From contig BTUM01000007.1 in assembly GCA_045863235.1 (NCBI GenBank), forward strand, positions 84,335-148,334: a stretch of DNA of 64,000 nt, given 5' to 3'. Position 1 is the stretch's first letter. Each line of letters opens with the position of its first letter. Below the pieces are notes generated by a model. It saw only the letters and a program-made list of their open reading frames with translations, was not told where the DNA came from and did not search any database. The stretch comes from Candidatus Xenobia bacterium. GTDB lineage: Bacteria; Vulcanimicrobiota; Xenobia; Xenobiales; QWHO01. A program made the position numbers and the translations under genes. This document shows positions 44,770 through 54,627 of this stretch, piece by piece.

Positions 44770-47330
44770 GGCTCCACCGGGCCGGTTGGCGCTACCTGCA
44801 GCAGCACCCGGGGCAGCTGCTGCTGGCCTTGCTGGGCATCGCGCTGGGGGTGGCCTCGGTGCTGGGGATCGAGCTGGCCAATCAGAGCGCCCGTCAGGCC
44901 TTCGAGCTATCCGTTCAGGCTGTTTCGGGGCGAGCCACCCACCAGCTCCACGGGCCTCCTGCCGGAATTCCTGAGGAGATCTACGTTCGCCTGCGCCAGT
45001 CCGGCGTGGTGGCTGCTCCGGTGGTGGAGGGCTACCTGCGGCTGGATCGGGGCGAGCCCCTCACCGGCAAGGCGATTCCCATCTCCGGGCCCACCTTTCG
45101 CCTGCTGGGTCTGGATCTGACCGCGGAGGCGCCTTTTCGAGCTTATACCGGAGCTGGCTCGCCCGTGCCCCTGGACTCCTTTCTGACTCTGCACGGAGCC
45201 GTGTTGATGTCCGGTCCGGTTGCCCGGCGACTGGGTCTTGCTCCGGGTCAGGAGCTCGCGGTGTACATGGGGACCCAGGGCAAGACCTTGCGGCTGGTCG
45301 GCCTGCTCGAGCCCTCCAGCGATCTCAGCCGGCGAGCCCTGGAGGGGGTTCTGGTGGCCGATCTGGCCACTGCCCAGGAAGTGCTGGGGCAGGTGGGCCG
45401 CCTCAGTCGCATCGACCTGATCCTCCCGAAAGGACGTCTCCCCTTCGAGCTTCCAGCCAACCTGCGCCTGGTGGCTGCCGGCGAGAACGACCGCACGCTG
45501 GGTGCCATGAGCGAGGCCTTTCATCTGAACCTGACCGCCCTGAGTCTGCTCAGCCTGGTGGTGGGGATGTTTCTGATTTACCAGACTTCGGCCTTCACGG
45601 TGGTGCAGCGTCGCTTTCTGTGGGGCCGACTGCGCACGCTGGGGGTCACCCGGGGCGAGATCCTGCGCCTGGTCCTGGCTGAGGCAGCCGTGCTCGGTGG
45701 CCTCGGCACCTTGCTGGGAATGGCTCTGGGTCTGGCTCTGAGCCAGGTTCTGCTGCGACTGGTCACGCGCACCCTCAATGACCTTTACTTCGTGGTCTCG
45801 GTCGAGCAGGTGAGCCTCGATCCGGGCGCCCTGGCTCGGGCCGCCGCTCTGGGGCTCGGCGGGACGCTGCTGGCCGCCCTGGCCCCCGCCTGGGAGGCCA
45901 CCACCACCCCCGCCGGGTGCGTGCTCTCGCGGGCCGATTCGGAGGAGCGGGCCAGCCGGCTGACCTGGGCCATGGCCGGGGCCGGTTTGCTGGCCGTGGG
46001 GCTGGGAGGAGGGCTGTTGAGCTGGCCCGGTCGGGCCATCCTGCCCGGACTTGCGGGGATGTTCGGCGTCATGGTGGGTCTGGCCGTGATGGGGCCCTGG
46101 CTGGTCGGCCTGGTCAGCCGTCGGATGCCTCTGCCCGGGCTGGGAGTCCTGTCAAAAGGCTTTCCCTCTGCGCTTCTGGTGGTCCGGCTGGGCGTGCGCT
46201 CGGTGCAGCGCTCCTTGAGTCGCACGGCCGTGGCCCTGGCGGCTCTCACACTGGCCGTCTCGGCCACGGTCGGGATCGGGGTGATGGTGGACAGTTTTCG
46301 CTCCACCCTGGTGCACTGGCTGGCCGTCACGCTGCAGGAGGACGTGTACCTGGCCCCGCCCACGGTGGTAGCGGGTAAGAACCTCTCCACGCTGGATCAG
46401 GATCTGGTCGAGCTGGTGCGCCGCGAGAGCGGGGTCGCTTCGGTGAGCCTCTACCGGGGAGTGGACGCTCTGGCTCGCACGGTGAGCCATTCCGGCCAGG
46501 CCCGTCTGGTGGGTCTGGATGCCTCGCCGGCGGCCCGGCGGGCCTTTCTCTTCTTCGCCCAGAGCCCCGAGGTCTGGCAACGTTTCGAGGCCGGCAGCCT
46601 GCTGGTCAGCGAGCCCTTTGCCTATCGCTGGGGTCTCGAGCCGGGGTCCCAGCTCGACCTGCTGACCGAAACCGGCTACCGCTCGTTCGAAGTGGCCGGC
46701 GTGTTCGCCGACTATGGCTCTCCGGAGGGGGCGGTGCTGATGTCGCGGCCGGTCTATGTCCGGCACTGGGGAGACCCCCAGATCACTTCCTGTGCCCTGA
46801 CGGCCACCCCCGGGACGGACGTGGACGAGCTGGTGGAGCGGCTCACGCGCAGACTGGGAGACCGGGAGGTGCTGGTGCGCTCCAACCGCGCCCTGCGAGA
46901 GGCCTCGTTGGCCATCTTCGAGCGCACCTTCGCGGTCACGGGGGTGCTGCGCACGCTGGCTGTGGTGGTGGCTTTCGTGGGACTGGTCAGCAGCCTGATC
47001 GCGCTGGGATTGGAGCGCTCGCGTGAGATCGCCATCTTGCGCTCTCTGGGACTGACAACCTCTCAGGTCTGGCAAATTCTGGCCGTGCAGAGCGGCTGGA
47101 TGGGTCTGTGGGCAGGGTTGTTGGCCCTGCCTCTGGGCCTGGTGCAGGCCCTGGGCATGATCTACGTGATCAACAAGCGCTCCTTTGGCTGGACCCTCCA
47201 GTTCTCGCTCTCACCCTCCATCCTGGCGCAGGCCGTGCTGGTCGCCCTGGCGGCCTCCCTGGCCGCCTCGGTTGTGCCTGCCTGGCGGCAGGCTCGTATG
47301 CCGGTGGCGGCCGCCCTGCGTGAGGAGTGA
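44766..47330 (+). CDS. MacB/FtsX-type ABC transporter permease, duplicated (AttFG-like)
   Basis: LALLGIALGVA, LNLTALSLLSLVVGMFLIY, ERSREIAILRSLG, INKRSFGWTL; TTG 44766 overlaps the CDO stop. Confidence 0.9.
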   Translation: MRLHRAGWRYLQQHPGQLLLALLGIALGVASVLGIELANQSARQAFELSVQAVSGRATHQLHGPPAGIPEEIYVRLRQSGVVAAPVVEGYLRLDRGEPLTGKAIPISGPTFRLLGLDLTAEAPFRAYTGAGSPVPLDSFLTLHGAVLMSGPVARRLGLAPGQELAVYMGTQGKTLRLVGLLEPSSDLSRRALEGVLVADLATAQEVLGQVGRLSRIDLILPKGRLPFELPANLRLVAAGENDRTLGAMSEAFHLNLTALSLLSLVVGMFLIYQTSAFTVVQRRFLWGRLRTLGVTRGEILRLVLAEAAVLGGLGTLLGMALGLALSQVLLRLVTRTLNDLYFVVSVEQVSLDPGALARAAALGLGGTLLAALAPAWEATTTPAGCVLSRADSEERASRLTWAMAGAGLLAVGLGGGLLSWPGRAILPGLAGMFGVMVGLAVMGPWLVGLVSRRMPLPGLGVLSKGFPSALLVVRLGVRSVQRSLSRTAVALAALTLAVSATVGIGVMVDSFRSTLVHWLAVTLQEDVYLAPPTVVAGKNLSTLDQDLVELVRRESGVASVSLYRGVDALARTVSHSGQARLVGLDASPAARRAFLFFAQSPEVWQRFEAGSLLVSEPFAYRWGLEPGSQLDLLTETGYRSFEVAGVFADYGSPEGAVLMSRPVYVRHWGDPQITSCALTATPGTDVDELVERLTRRLGDREVLVRSNRALREASLAIFERTFAVTGVLRTLAVVVAFVGLVSSLIALGLERSREIAILRSLGLTTSQVWQILAVQSGWMGLWAGLLALPLGLVQALGMIYVINKRSFGWTLQFSLSPSILAQAVLVALAASLAASVVPAWRQARMPVAAALREE

Positions 47331-47426
47331 GCCGCTCAAAGCGCCGCGTTCAACAGATTGTCTAACTCCCGCGCGTTCTCAGCAACAGTAGCAGGAAGAA
47401 TCTTCAACGCCTGGGAAGTTCTTTGG

Positions 47427-48131
47427 ATGCGCAGGTTGATGGTAGCCCTGTTTCTCCTGGTGCTGGCGCCCCTGGCTCTGCAGGCCCAGCCCGGTCGGGC
47501 CATCAAGCTGCAGGCCACTCGCAACACGCGGGATGTGGGCGGTCTGCCGGTGAGCTACGGAACGGTGCGCAAGGGGATGCTCTATCGTTCCGGTGCCCTT
47601 TGCTTTTTGACCGGTCAGGATGTGAGCCGCATGCGAGAGCTCAAGCTCAAGACCATTCTCGACCTGCGTAACTCGAGCGAGATCCGCAAGGATGGACCGG
47701 ACCGCCCGGCCCTGACCGAGGGGGTGCGGGTGCTGCACCTGCCCATGGCCAACAGCCGGGGTTTGCGCCGCGAGGCCTACCACTACTATATTCGCGAGAA
47801 CCCGCACGTCTGGCGGGGGTTTTACGCCGAGCTGGCGCGTGTCCAGGCATATCCGATGTTGTTTCATTGCTCGGCCGGCAAGGATCGGACCGGGATCCTG
47901 ACGGCCGTCTTGCTCGAACAACTCGGGGCCGAGCGCAGGGTCGTGCTCGACGACTATCTTCAGTCCGTGCGCAATAGCCCTGGCCTGGAAGTCCATCCGG
48001 AGTGGATCCAGGAGGTTTTCGACTACGTGGATGCGAGCGGAGGCGCCTCGGCCTTCCTGGTCAAGAACGGGGTCAGTCTGCAGACGCAGCAAGCCGCGCG
48101 CGACATCCTGGTGGAGAGGAAAGTCCCGTGA
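47427..48131 (+). CDS. Secreted protein-tyrosine phosphatase-like enzyme (IphP / Y_phosphatase3)
   Basis: Signal peptide; NTRDVGG, LYRSG, DLR, P-loop HCSAGKDRTG, DYLQS. Confidence 0.9.
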   Translation: MRRLMVALFLLVLAPLALQAQPGRAIKLQATRNTRDVGGLPVSYGTVRKGMLYRSGALCFLTGQDVSRMRELKLKTILDLRNSSEIRKDGPDRPALTEGVRVLHLPMANSRGLRREAYHYYIRENPHVWRGFYAELARVQAYPMLFHCSAGKDRTGILTAVLLEQLGAERRVVLDDYLQSVRNSPGLEVHPEWIQEVFDYVDASGGASAFLVKNGVSLQTQQAARDILVERKVP

Positions 48132-48517
48132 AACATACGCCCGCCTTCGAGGAGCTGGTTAACCGCTCGCGCGCTCGCATCCGCGAGACCAACTGCGCCG
48201 AGGTGCGTGAGCGTCAGGAACGCAACGAAGCTTTCCACCTCGTGGACGTGCGCGAGGAGAGCGAGTGGGCTCGAGGCCACCTGCCGGGGGCCATCCACAT
48301 CGGCAAGGGGGTCATCGAGCGCGACATCGAGTCCCTCATCCCAGAGCTTCAAAGCGAGATCATCCTCTACTGCGGCGGCGGGTACCGCTCGGCCCTGGCG
48401 GCCGACGCCCTGCAGCAGATGGGTTACACCAACGTTGCCTCCATGGACGGCGGTTGGCGCGGCTGGACCGAAGCCGGATTCCCCACCGTCAGGCCCGGGA
48501 TCGCACCTCCAACGTAA
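48128..48517 (+). CDS. Rhodanese-like sulfurtransferase
   Basis: DVREESEW, GHLPGA, YCGGGYRS, MDGGWRGW; GTG 48128 coupled to the upstream stop. Confidence 0.93.
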   Translation: MKHTPAFEELVNRSRARIRETNCAEVRERQERNEAFHLVDVREESEWARGHLPGAIHIGKGVIERDIESLIPELQSEIILYCGGGYRSALAADALQQMGYTNVASMDGGWRGWTEAGFPTVRPGIAPPT

Positions 48518-50795
48518 AGCTGGCCCCGCCAAGTTGGGGCGAGCGCTCCACGTGCACGAATCCACCGTGGCGCTGGGCGACTCGATTGGTGATGGCCAGG
48601 CCCAGCCCCGTGCCCTTGCCGGGCGGCTTGGTGGTGAAAAAGGGGTCGAAGATCCGCGAGATCAGGGTCGGCTCGACTCCCGGGCCGCTGTCGGAAACGT
48701 TGACGAACACCCGCTCGCCCTCATAGAACGTGCTGATGGCGATGCGCGGCTCAGGCGAGCTTTCGGCCGCATCCCGGGCGTTGAGCACCAGGTTGCTGAT
48801 CGCCTGGCGCAACTCCTGGGAGTTCCCGGGCACGCCTGGCAGATTGGTATCCACGTTCAACTCCAGCTGCACTCCGGAGCGTTCGATCAGGGGGCCGAGC
48901 ATCTCCAGCACGTCGTGCACCAGCTTGTTCAGCCGGCAGGGCTCGCGGTCGTTGGCCGTCTGCTCGCGGGTATAGACCAGCAAGCTCTCAACGATCTGGC
49001 GCGACCGCTCCAGGGCCCGGCTGGCTTTCTCCAGGCTCCCATGGGCGGTGGTCGGAGCGGTGTCCATGGTGTCGGCGGCCAGGTCGATGGCCAGTTGCAC
49101 CGCTCCCAGCGGATTGTTCAACTCGTGGGCGATGCCGGCAGCCAGGCCACCGATGGCGGCCAGCTTCGAGCTCTGGGTCACCTCGCGCTGAAGGCTCAGA
49201 GTCGTGAGGGCGGCTGCGGCCTGGTAGGCCAGCAGCGAGAACTGGTCTTGCTGGCGTCGGGTGAAGCATTCCTTCCTGGAGGCTGCCACCAGCACTCCGA
49301 GGGGCTCTCTTTCGAAGGCCAGGGGCACGATCAGCCAGCTCCTCATCGAGCGCAGGGGGGGCGGAAGTCGGCTGGTTGCCGGCTCGGTGACCAGCAGCGG
49401 CTTGCCCGAGTGGGCCACCGAGCGGCAGGCGGCCGGGTCACCCAGCTCGCCCCGATAAGCCACCGGACGGTCATTTAGTACGGCCAGCCAGGCGTCGGTT
49501 TTCAGGAGGCGCTCGGCGGTCTGCATGGCCTGGCGCAGGATCTGCTCCTCGTCCAGGGCGGTGGCCAGCAGGCGGCTGGCGCTGAGCAGCTCTTCCAACA
49601 CCTGCACCGATTCTTGCAGCCGGCGGTGCTCGCGTGAGAGGCGGCTGAGCTGGGCCTGGAAGGATTGACTCCGAAGGGCGGTCGCCAGGGCAACCGTGGT
49701 GTGCTCGGCCAGGATGGCCAGGCGCTGTTTGTCGTCTTGATCGAAGGTGTCATAAGGGTCGTCGCGCCCGGCATAGAGCACGCCGAATCCTGGGATTGGA
49801 TAAGAGAGCTGCAAGCGCTCCTCCGGGGGAGCGACCTGCATGAAGACCGGCTTCTGGCGATGCCAGCAGGCCGAGACCGAGGTTTCGACCACACCGGAAA
49901 GGGCGGCGCCAGCCAGCCGCTCGGAATCGGGGCTGAGGTAAGCCGCGGCCAGCAGGTGTCCACTCTGGTGAAGCCAGATCACCACACTGCGGCAGCGAAC
50001 CAGCTCCATGGCCACCCGCAGCACGGTGTTCAGGGCAGTGTCCACATCTTTAGCCGACGCGATGGCCCGGGCCATCTGGGTGAAGAGGCTCTGCTCCTGC
50101 CGACGGGCGATCAGGCCCGAGCGGGTGCGTCGCAACTCCCGGCTCTGCACGGCCAGCTCCTCCTGGCGGCGGGAAAGCTCGTTGGCCAGGGTCATCTCTT
50201 CTTCCGGGCTGGCCTGGCGGGCCAGATAGAGAACGCCGAGGTAAAGCCCCAGCATGGTCGGGATCAAGAGCAGGATCAGCCAGTCCGGGTGGAGCTGGGT
50301 GGCCGCCACCCCCAGCCCCACGGCTCCGAGTCGGACGGGCATGTACTCGCCCCAGTCGCTGGGGGTGCGCTCACCTGGATCGTAGTAGCTGGATACCCAG
50401 ACGGCGGTGAAACAATAGACGGCCAGGCCAACGTGGGGATGCACCAGCCCCATCACGGCCAGAGGGGGCAGAACGCCCAGAAGGTCGATCAGCATCTCCT
50501 GGGCGCGCACCGGCAGACTGGCGCCCCCTCGAGCCAGGGTGCGCATCAGGATGGCCAGGCCGGCGAGCAGAATGGCCGGGCCCCACCCGGTCTTGATGGC
50601 TGCTGCCGCATAGACTGCGCTGGCCAGACTCACAAATCCACCCTGCGGCAGTCGAGTTGCCGTCAGTTCCACGGTCACGGCCAGGCCCAGCAGGAGCAGC
50701 CAGGTACCGACATCGGGCAACCGGGTCTGCGTCCCGCCCAGGATCCACAGAGCCAAACCGACCGCGAGTCCAACCGTCAGGCGCGGGCTCATCAA
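48489..50795 (-). CDS. Membrane sensor histidine kinase with two GAF domains
   Basis: N-terminal TM region, two GAF-like segments, H-box AHELNNPL, N-box NARDA, DSGPG, FDPFFTTK, GTGLGL. Confidence 0.93.
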   Translation of the reverse strand: MMSPRLTVGLAVGLALWILGGTQTRLPDVGTWLLLLGLAVTVELTATRLPQGGFVSLASAVYAAAAIKTGWGPAILLAGLAILMRTLARGGASLPVRAQEMLIDLLGVLPPLAVMGLVHPHVGLAVYCFTAVWVSSYYDPGERTPSDWGEYMPVRLGAVGLGVAATQLHPDWLILLLIPTMLGLYLGVLYLARQASPEEEMTLANELSRRQEELAVQSRELRRTRSGLIARRQEQSLFTQMARAIASAKDVDTALNTVLRVAMELVRCRSVVIWLHQSGHLLAAAYLSPDSERLAGAALSGVVETSVSACWHRQKPVFMQVAPPEERLQLSYPIPGFGVLYAGRDDPYDTFDQDDKQRLAILAEHTTVALATALRSQSFQAQLSRLSREHRRLQESVQVLEELLSASRLLATALDEEQILRQAMQTAERLLKTDAWLAVLNDRPVAYRGELGDPAACRSVAHSGKPLLVTEPATSRLPPPLRSMRSWLIVPLAFEREPLGVLVAASRKECFTRRQQDQFSLLAYQAAAALTTLSLQREVTQSSKLAAIGGLAAGIAHELNNPLGAVQLAIDLAADTMDTAPTTAHGSLEKASRALERSRQIVESLLVYTREQTANDREPCRLNKLVHDVLEMLGPLIERSGVQLELNVDTNLPGVPGNSQELRQAISNLVLNARDAAESSPEPRIAISTFYEGERVFVNVSDSGPGVEPTLISRIFDPFFTTKPPGKGTGLGLAITNRVAQRHGGFVHVERSPQLGGASFTLEVRSRA

Positions 50796-51013
50796 TGGTC
50801 AGTCTCGATTCGAACCGGTGTTGATGGCATATTCCCCCATGTTCGCTTGCAGACTCGTTTCGTTCGCTCTTTTCACGAACCCTGCGCCCCGACTTCGGCC
50901 GCTCCCGGTTCGCAGTATGGAACTTCCCCAGGAAGGACTCCGACCTCTCAGAGCAAAGCCGCATGCCGAGAGAGTTGCCGGGGGAGCACAGCAAGATTCA
51001 CAGGAGCCCGTTC

Positions 51014-52105
51014 ATGTCCAGCCCAGCCATTGTGAGTTCTCCGGTCCAGGCCCACAACGAATGGGATCCGCTGGAGGAGGTGATCGTGGGCCGCCTCGAT
51101 GGAGCCGTGATCCCCTCCAGCCACATCGGGGTCGGGATCAGCGTGCCTCGTTCGGTGGCCTGGATCTTCAATATCGTCTCGGGGATGCGTTACCCCCGGT
51201 TCATGATCCAGCCAGCCGAGCGCGAGCTCGAGCGCTTCATCCGGGTACTCGAGGGGGAAGGCGTCACGGTGCGGCGACCCGACCCGCTCGATGGTCGGGT
51301 CAAGTTCCAGACACCCCACTGGTCCAGCCGGGGCTTTTGCACGGCCTGTCCCCGGGACGGCTTCCTGGTGGTGGGGGAGGAGATCATCGAGACCCCCATG
51401 GCCTGGCGCTGTCGCCAGTTGGAGATGCTGGCCTATCGCAAGCTCTTCAAGGAATACTGGCGCCAGGGCGCTCGCTGGACGGCCGCCCCGCGGCCGGAGC
51501 TGTCCGACCAGCTGTTTGACTACCGTTTCAAGCTCCCCAAGCCGGGCGAGCCGATGCGTTACGTCATCAATGAATTCGAGCCGGTTTTCGACGCGGCCGA
51601 CTTCGTGCGCTGCGGCAAGGACCTCTTCGTGACCCGCTCCAATGTCACCAACGAGTCCGGCATCCAGTGGCTGGAGCGCCATCTGGGCGATAGCTACCGC
51701 ATTCACCGCGTGGAGAGCAAGTGCCGTCAACCCATGCACATCGACTCCACCTTCATGCCGCTGGCTCCAGGAAAGGTGCTGATCAATCCCGACTTCATCG
51801 ACACCGAGCGTCTGCCGGCGGTGATTCGCAAGAGCTGGGACGTGCTGGTGGCCCCCCGGCCGGACAAGGCTCCCGGTCCCCTGATGTCGCTCTGCAGCGC
51901 CTGGCTCAGCATGAACGTCCTGATGCTCGACGAGAAGCGGGTGGTCTGCGAGACTTCCCAGAAGTCGATGATTCGGGCCCTGAAGGGCTGGGGCTTCGAG
52001 CCCATCGACCTGCCTTTCACCAACTTTGCCCCCTTTGGGGGAGCGTTCCACTGCGCCACTCTGGACGTTCGGAGGCGGGGAACGCTTCAATCCTACTTCG
52101 ACTGA
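51014..52105 (+). CDS. Amidinotransferase (glycine/inosamine-phosphate amidinotransferase family)
   Basis: NEWDPLEEVIVG, CPRD, FDAADF, HID, GGAFHCATLDVRR (Asp-His-Cys triad); AGGAG SD before ATG 51014. Confidence 0.93.
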   Translation: MSSPAIVSSPVQAHNEWDPLEEVIVGRLDGAVIPSSHIGVGISVPRSVAWIFNIVSGMRYPRFMIQPAERELERFIRVLEGEGVTVRRPDPLDGRVKFQTPHWSSRGFCTACPRDGFLVVGEEIIETPMAWRCRQLEMLAYRKLFKEYWRQGARWTAAPRPELSDQLFDYRFKLPKPGEPMRYVINEFEPVFDAADFVRCGKDLFVTRSNVTNESGIQWLERHLGDSYRIHRVESKCRQPMHIDSTFMPLAPGKVLINPDFIDTERLPAVIRKSWDVLVAPRPDKAPGPLMSLCSAWLSMNVLMLDEKRVVCETSQKSMIRALKGWGFEPIDLPFTNFAPFGGAFHCATLDVRRRGTLQSYFD

Positions 52106-52111
52106 CCGGCC

Positions 52112-52489
52112 GTGCTGCGCACCGTCCTCATCGTCAGCCTGGCGGTCCTGCTCTCGTCCATCGGGGATGTCTTGATGTCGCGAGCCATGCGTCGTCTGGG
52201 ACCTTTCGAGTGGACCGGCCTGAGCTCGCTTGGGAGGTTCCTCCTGACGGCCCTGCATTCCGCCTGGTTCTGGGTAGCCGTGGCGTTCATGGCCGGCCAC
52301 TTCTTCTTGTGGCTTTCGGTGCTGTCCTGGGCCGAGCTGTCGGTTGCCGTGCCTCTGACTGCCCTGCAGTATGTCTACAACGCCGTTCTCGCTCAAGCTG
52401 TGCTGGGTGAGCGGGTCAATTCCATGCGCTGGTGGGGCACCGCCGTCATCATGACCGGGGTGTTGATGCTCACTCTGGGAGACCCCTGA
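52112..52489 (+). CDS. 4-TM DMT/EamA-like (ArnE/ArnF-like) membrane protein
   Basis: Four TM helices; LSWAELSVAVPLTALQYV, LGERV...RWWG. Confidence 0.85.
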   Translation: MLRTVLIVSLAVLLSSIGDVLMSRAMRRLGPFEWTGLSSLGRFLLTALHSAWFWVAVAFMAGHFFLWLSVLSWAELSVAVPLTALQYVYNAVLAQAVLGERVNSMRWWGTAVIMTGVLMLTLGDP

Positions 52490-52926
52490 TGCGGCCCGGT
52501 CTGCTGGCCCGGACGGTTGTCGTCACGCTGGTAGCCGTGCTGGCCGCCACCCTGGGAGACATCTTTCTTTCGATGGCCATGAAATCGGTGGGGGAAGTGC
52601 AGGTGGACAGCCTCTCCTCGCTCTTCAAGACCGGGCTTCGCGTCTTTGGCTCCGCCCGGGTCTGGCTGGCCATCGCGCTGCTCTTCACCCACTTCCTGCT
52701 CTGGTTGGCGGTGCTCTCCTGGGCCGACCTGTCTCTGGCCTTCCCTCTCAAGGCCAGCAACTACGTCTTCAATGCCGTGCTGGCAGGGGCTTTGCTGCAA
52801 GAGGAGGTGACCTTGTGGCGCTGGTTGGGCACTCTGGTGGTGGCTTTCGGGGTGCTGCTGGTCAGCTTGAGTGCTCAGCAGCCAGCTTCTGAGCCAGCTC
52901 GATCGTCTCTGGCGTCAGCTGACTGA
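52489..52926 (+). CDS. 4-TM DMT/EamA-like (ArnE/ArnF-like) membrane protein; paralog of the upstream gene
   Basis: LSWADLSLAFPLKASNYV, LQEEV...RWLG; TGATG coupling. Confidence 0.85.
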   Translation: MRPGLLARTVVVTLVAVLAATLGDIFLSMAMKSVGEVQVDSLSSLFKTGLRVFGSARVWLAIALLFTHFLLWLAVLSWADLSLAFPLKASNYVFNAVLAGALLQEEVTLWRWLGTLVVAFGVLLVSLSAQQPASEPARSSLASAD

Positions 52927-53989
52927 CGGCCAGACGGTCGCCGGGATAGCCCACCAGCTCGGTGTAGGCACGTCCCTGGACCGGCTGTCCGGCGATGGTG
53001 CCGGTCACGTGCATGCTGCCCTCCCAGTAGGTGGGCTTGGGCCCGAGCTCGGGATAGCTGAAGGGCGGATGGCCCACCATTTCCTGAGCATCCAGGCTGG
53101 GTTTGAGGTCGAGCTCGATCTGTTGCTGGGGCAGTGACAGGTGCCACTCGATCGGGTATTCGGCCCCCGTCTCCTCGCTCTTCCAGGTGCGCCCTGGAGT
53201 GAGTCTGAGGTCTTCGGTCACGGACTGGCTGCCGTCCGGGTTCAGGATGCCCACCGAAGCCTGCACCGTGCCCCCATCGCCGGCCCGGAAGTGGAAGGCG
53301 TTGATCTCAGTGCGGTTGTCGAGCTGGATGCCGAACCAGTCCCAGCCTTTGTAGCCGTCGAAGATGGCCATGTCGCCCCACTGGTGGTCGAGCCAGGCGT
53401 TCCCCTTGACGGTCTTCTCCTCGCCGTCGAGCAGCAGCGTTCCCTGGACCTCCATGCGCGGGATCGAATAGTACTTGGAGAGCCCCTTGGGTCCCATTTT
53501 GATCTCGCCCTCGCCCCCCATCAGCAGGACGGGCTTGGTCTGCTTCATGTCCAGGTCGAGGTGGCCCCGGCCAGCGATGCCGCTGACCTTGATGGTCTGG
53601 CTGTCCCAGCGCCTCATGCGGAAGTTGCCCTCCGGGCCGCGATAGCTCACGTCCAGCTCGTTCTGCTTGAGCCCGGGGTGTTTGAGAAAGGGGGGCAGGA
53701 TGGTCATCTGGCGCGAGCGGGTATGCTGGCCATCGGTCTCCTCGGTGAGGGCCGCGTCCAGGGCCATAGCTCCGGGCATGGCCGGAAGGTCCACGTTGTA
53801 GCGCCCGTTGATCACGTCCGGGGCATCGAACAGGGCGTGGTGGAAGCCGTAGCTTTTGCCCTCCTCGTCCTCGAGGTAGCCGTGCAGGTACCACCACTCG
53901 GTTTTGGCCTCGGGATGAGCGCCTTCGTCGGTGGGGAACTCGACCTTGGGTCGGGAGACGGGCTGGGGTCTGGCGGCGGTGATCAGCAT
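52862..53989 (-). CDS. AttH/CrtC-like (lipocalin-like) hydrolase/hydratase
   Basis: DEGAHP...EWWY, YYSIPR, AWLDHQWG, GWDWF, YPIEW, YWEG, ELVGY; TAAACT 6 nt before ATG suggests a leaderless mRNA. Confidence 0.88.
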   Translation of the reverse strand: MLITAARPQPVSRPKVEFPTDEGAHPEAKTEWWYLHGYLEDEEGKSYGFHHALFDAPDVINGRYNVDLPAMPGAMALDAALTEETDGQHTRSRQMTILPPFLKHPGLKQNELDVSYRGPEGNFRMRRWDSQTIKVSGIAGRGHLDLDMKQTKPVLLMGGEGEIKMGPKGLSKYYSIPRMEVQGTLLLDGEEKTVKGNAWLDHQWGDMAIFDGYKGWDWFGIQLDNRTEINAFHFRAGDGGTVQASVGILNPDGSQSVTEDLRLTPGRTWKSEETGAEYPIEWHLSLPQQQIELDLKPSLDAQEMVGHPPFSYPELGPKPTYWEGSMHVTGTIAGQPVQGRAYTELVGYPGDRLAVSQLTPETIELAQKLAAEHSS

Positions 53990-54085
53990 GGGGGTAGTTT
54001 AAGGGCTCGAGAGGGGGAAGGCTTTGCCGATTCGTAAACTGACCAGGGAGTCGGACACGTGGCCTGTGACCCGATCACCGAAGGC

Positions 54086-54505
54086 TCAGCCCTCGGCGCG
54101 GGCCTTGAGTCCGGCGCAGAAGCCTTCGAAGGCCCCGGTCATGTCGGGCAGACTCGATCCGATCATGAAGAGCATCGGCCCGCTGAAGACCTCGCGCAGC
54201 TCGAAATGCTGGGCCTCGCCCTGTGGGGTCAGGGTGAACGAACGGACGCCCTTGAACAGGCCGAGCGGCATCCCGCCCTCCCAGGTCATGCGCTTGCCGG
54301 GCGTAAACTCCCTGACCTTGACCGGGAACGTGCGTCCCGGGCTGAGTTTGGAGTGTACCTTCAGGGTCTCGCCGGGGGCGATCCGGCCCTCGAGCCTGGT
54401 GACGGACGGCTCCCACTCCGGGTAGCGGGAGCCGTCCGTGAGAATCTCCCAGATTTTCTCGGGACTGGCGTTGATCGTGGTGCTGGCTTTGAATTCCTTG
54501 GGCAT
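54086..54505 (-). CDS. SRPBCC / polyketide cyclase-like protein
   Basis: INASPEKIWEILTD...YPEW, E-x-F-S-G, LKARAE; start set to ATG 54505. Confidence 0.88.
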   Translation of the reverse strand: MPKEFKASTTINASPEKIWEILTDGSRYPEWEPSVTRLEGRIAPGETLKVHSKLSPGRTFPVKVREFTPGKRMTWEGGMPLGLFKGVRSFTLTPQGEAQHFELREVFSGPMLFMIGSSLPDMTGAFEGFCAGLKARAEG

Positions 54506-54627
54506 CGCGCTCCCTTCCTGGGAACGGCCCGTCATGCCTTCTGTGCCGGAGGTGGTTGTCGTCAGCCGCGCCTGCCAAGGTGGGGGGCTCTCGGGCGCCG
54601 TACCGCCCGAGAGCCGTGCGAATGCGA

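Noticed and set aside
53996..54044. Copy of the TTCAG-repeat promoter before the AttH-like gene
   Set aside because: The -10-like TAAACT is present, but no repeats lie at the required positions.
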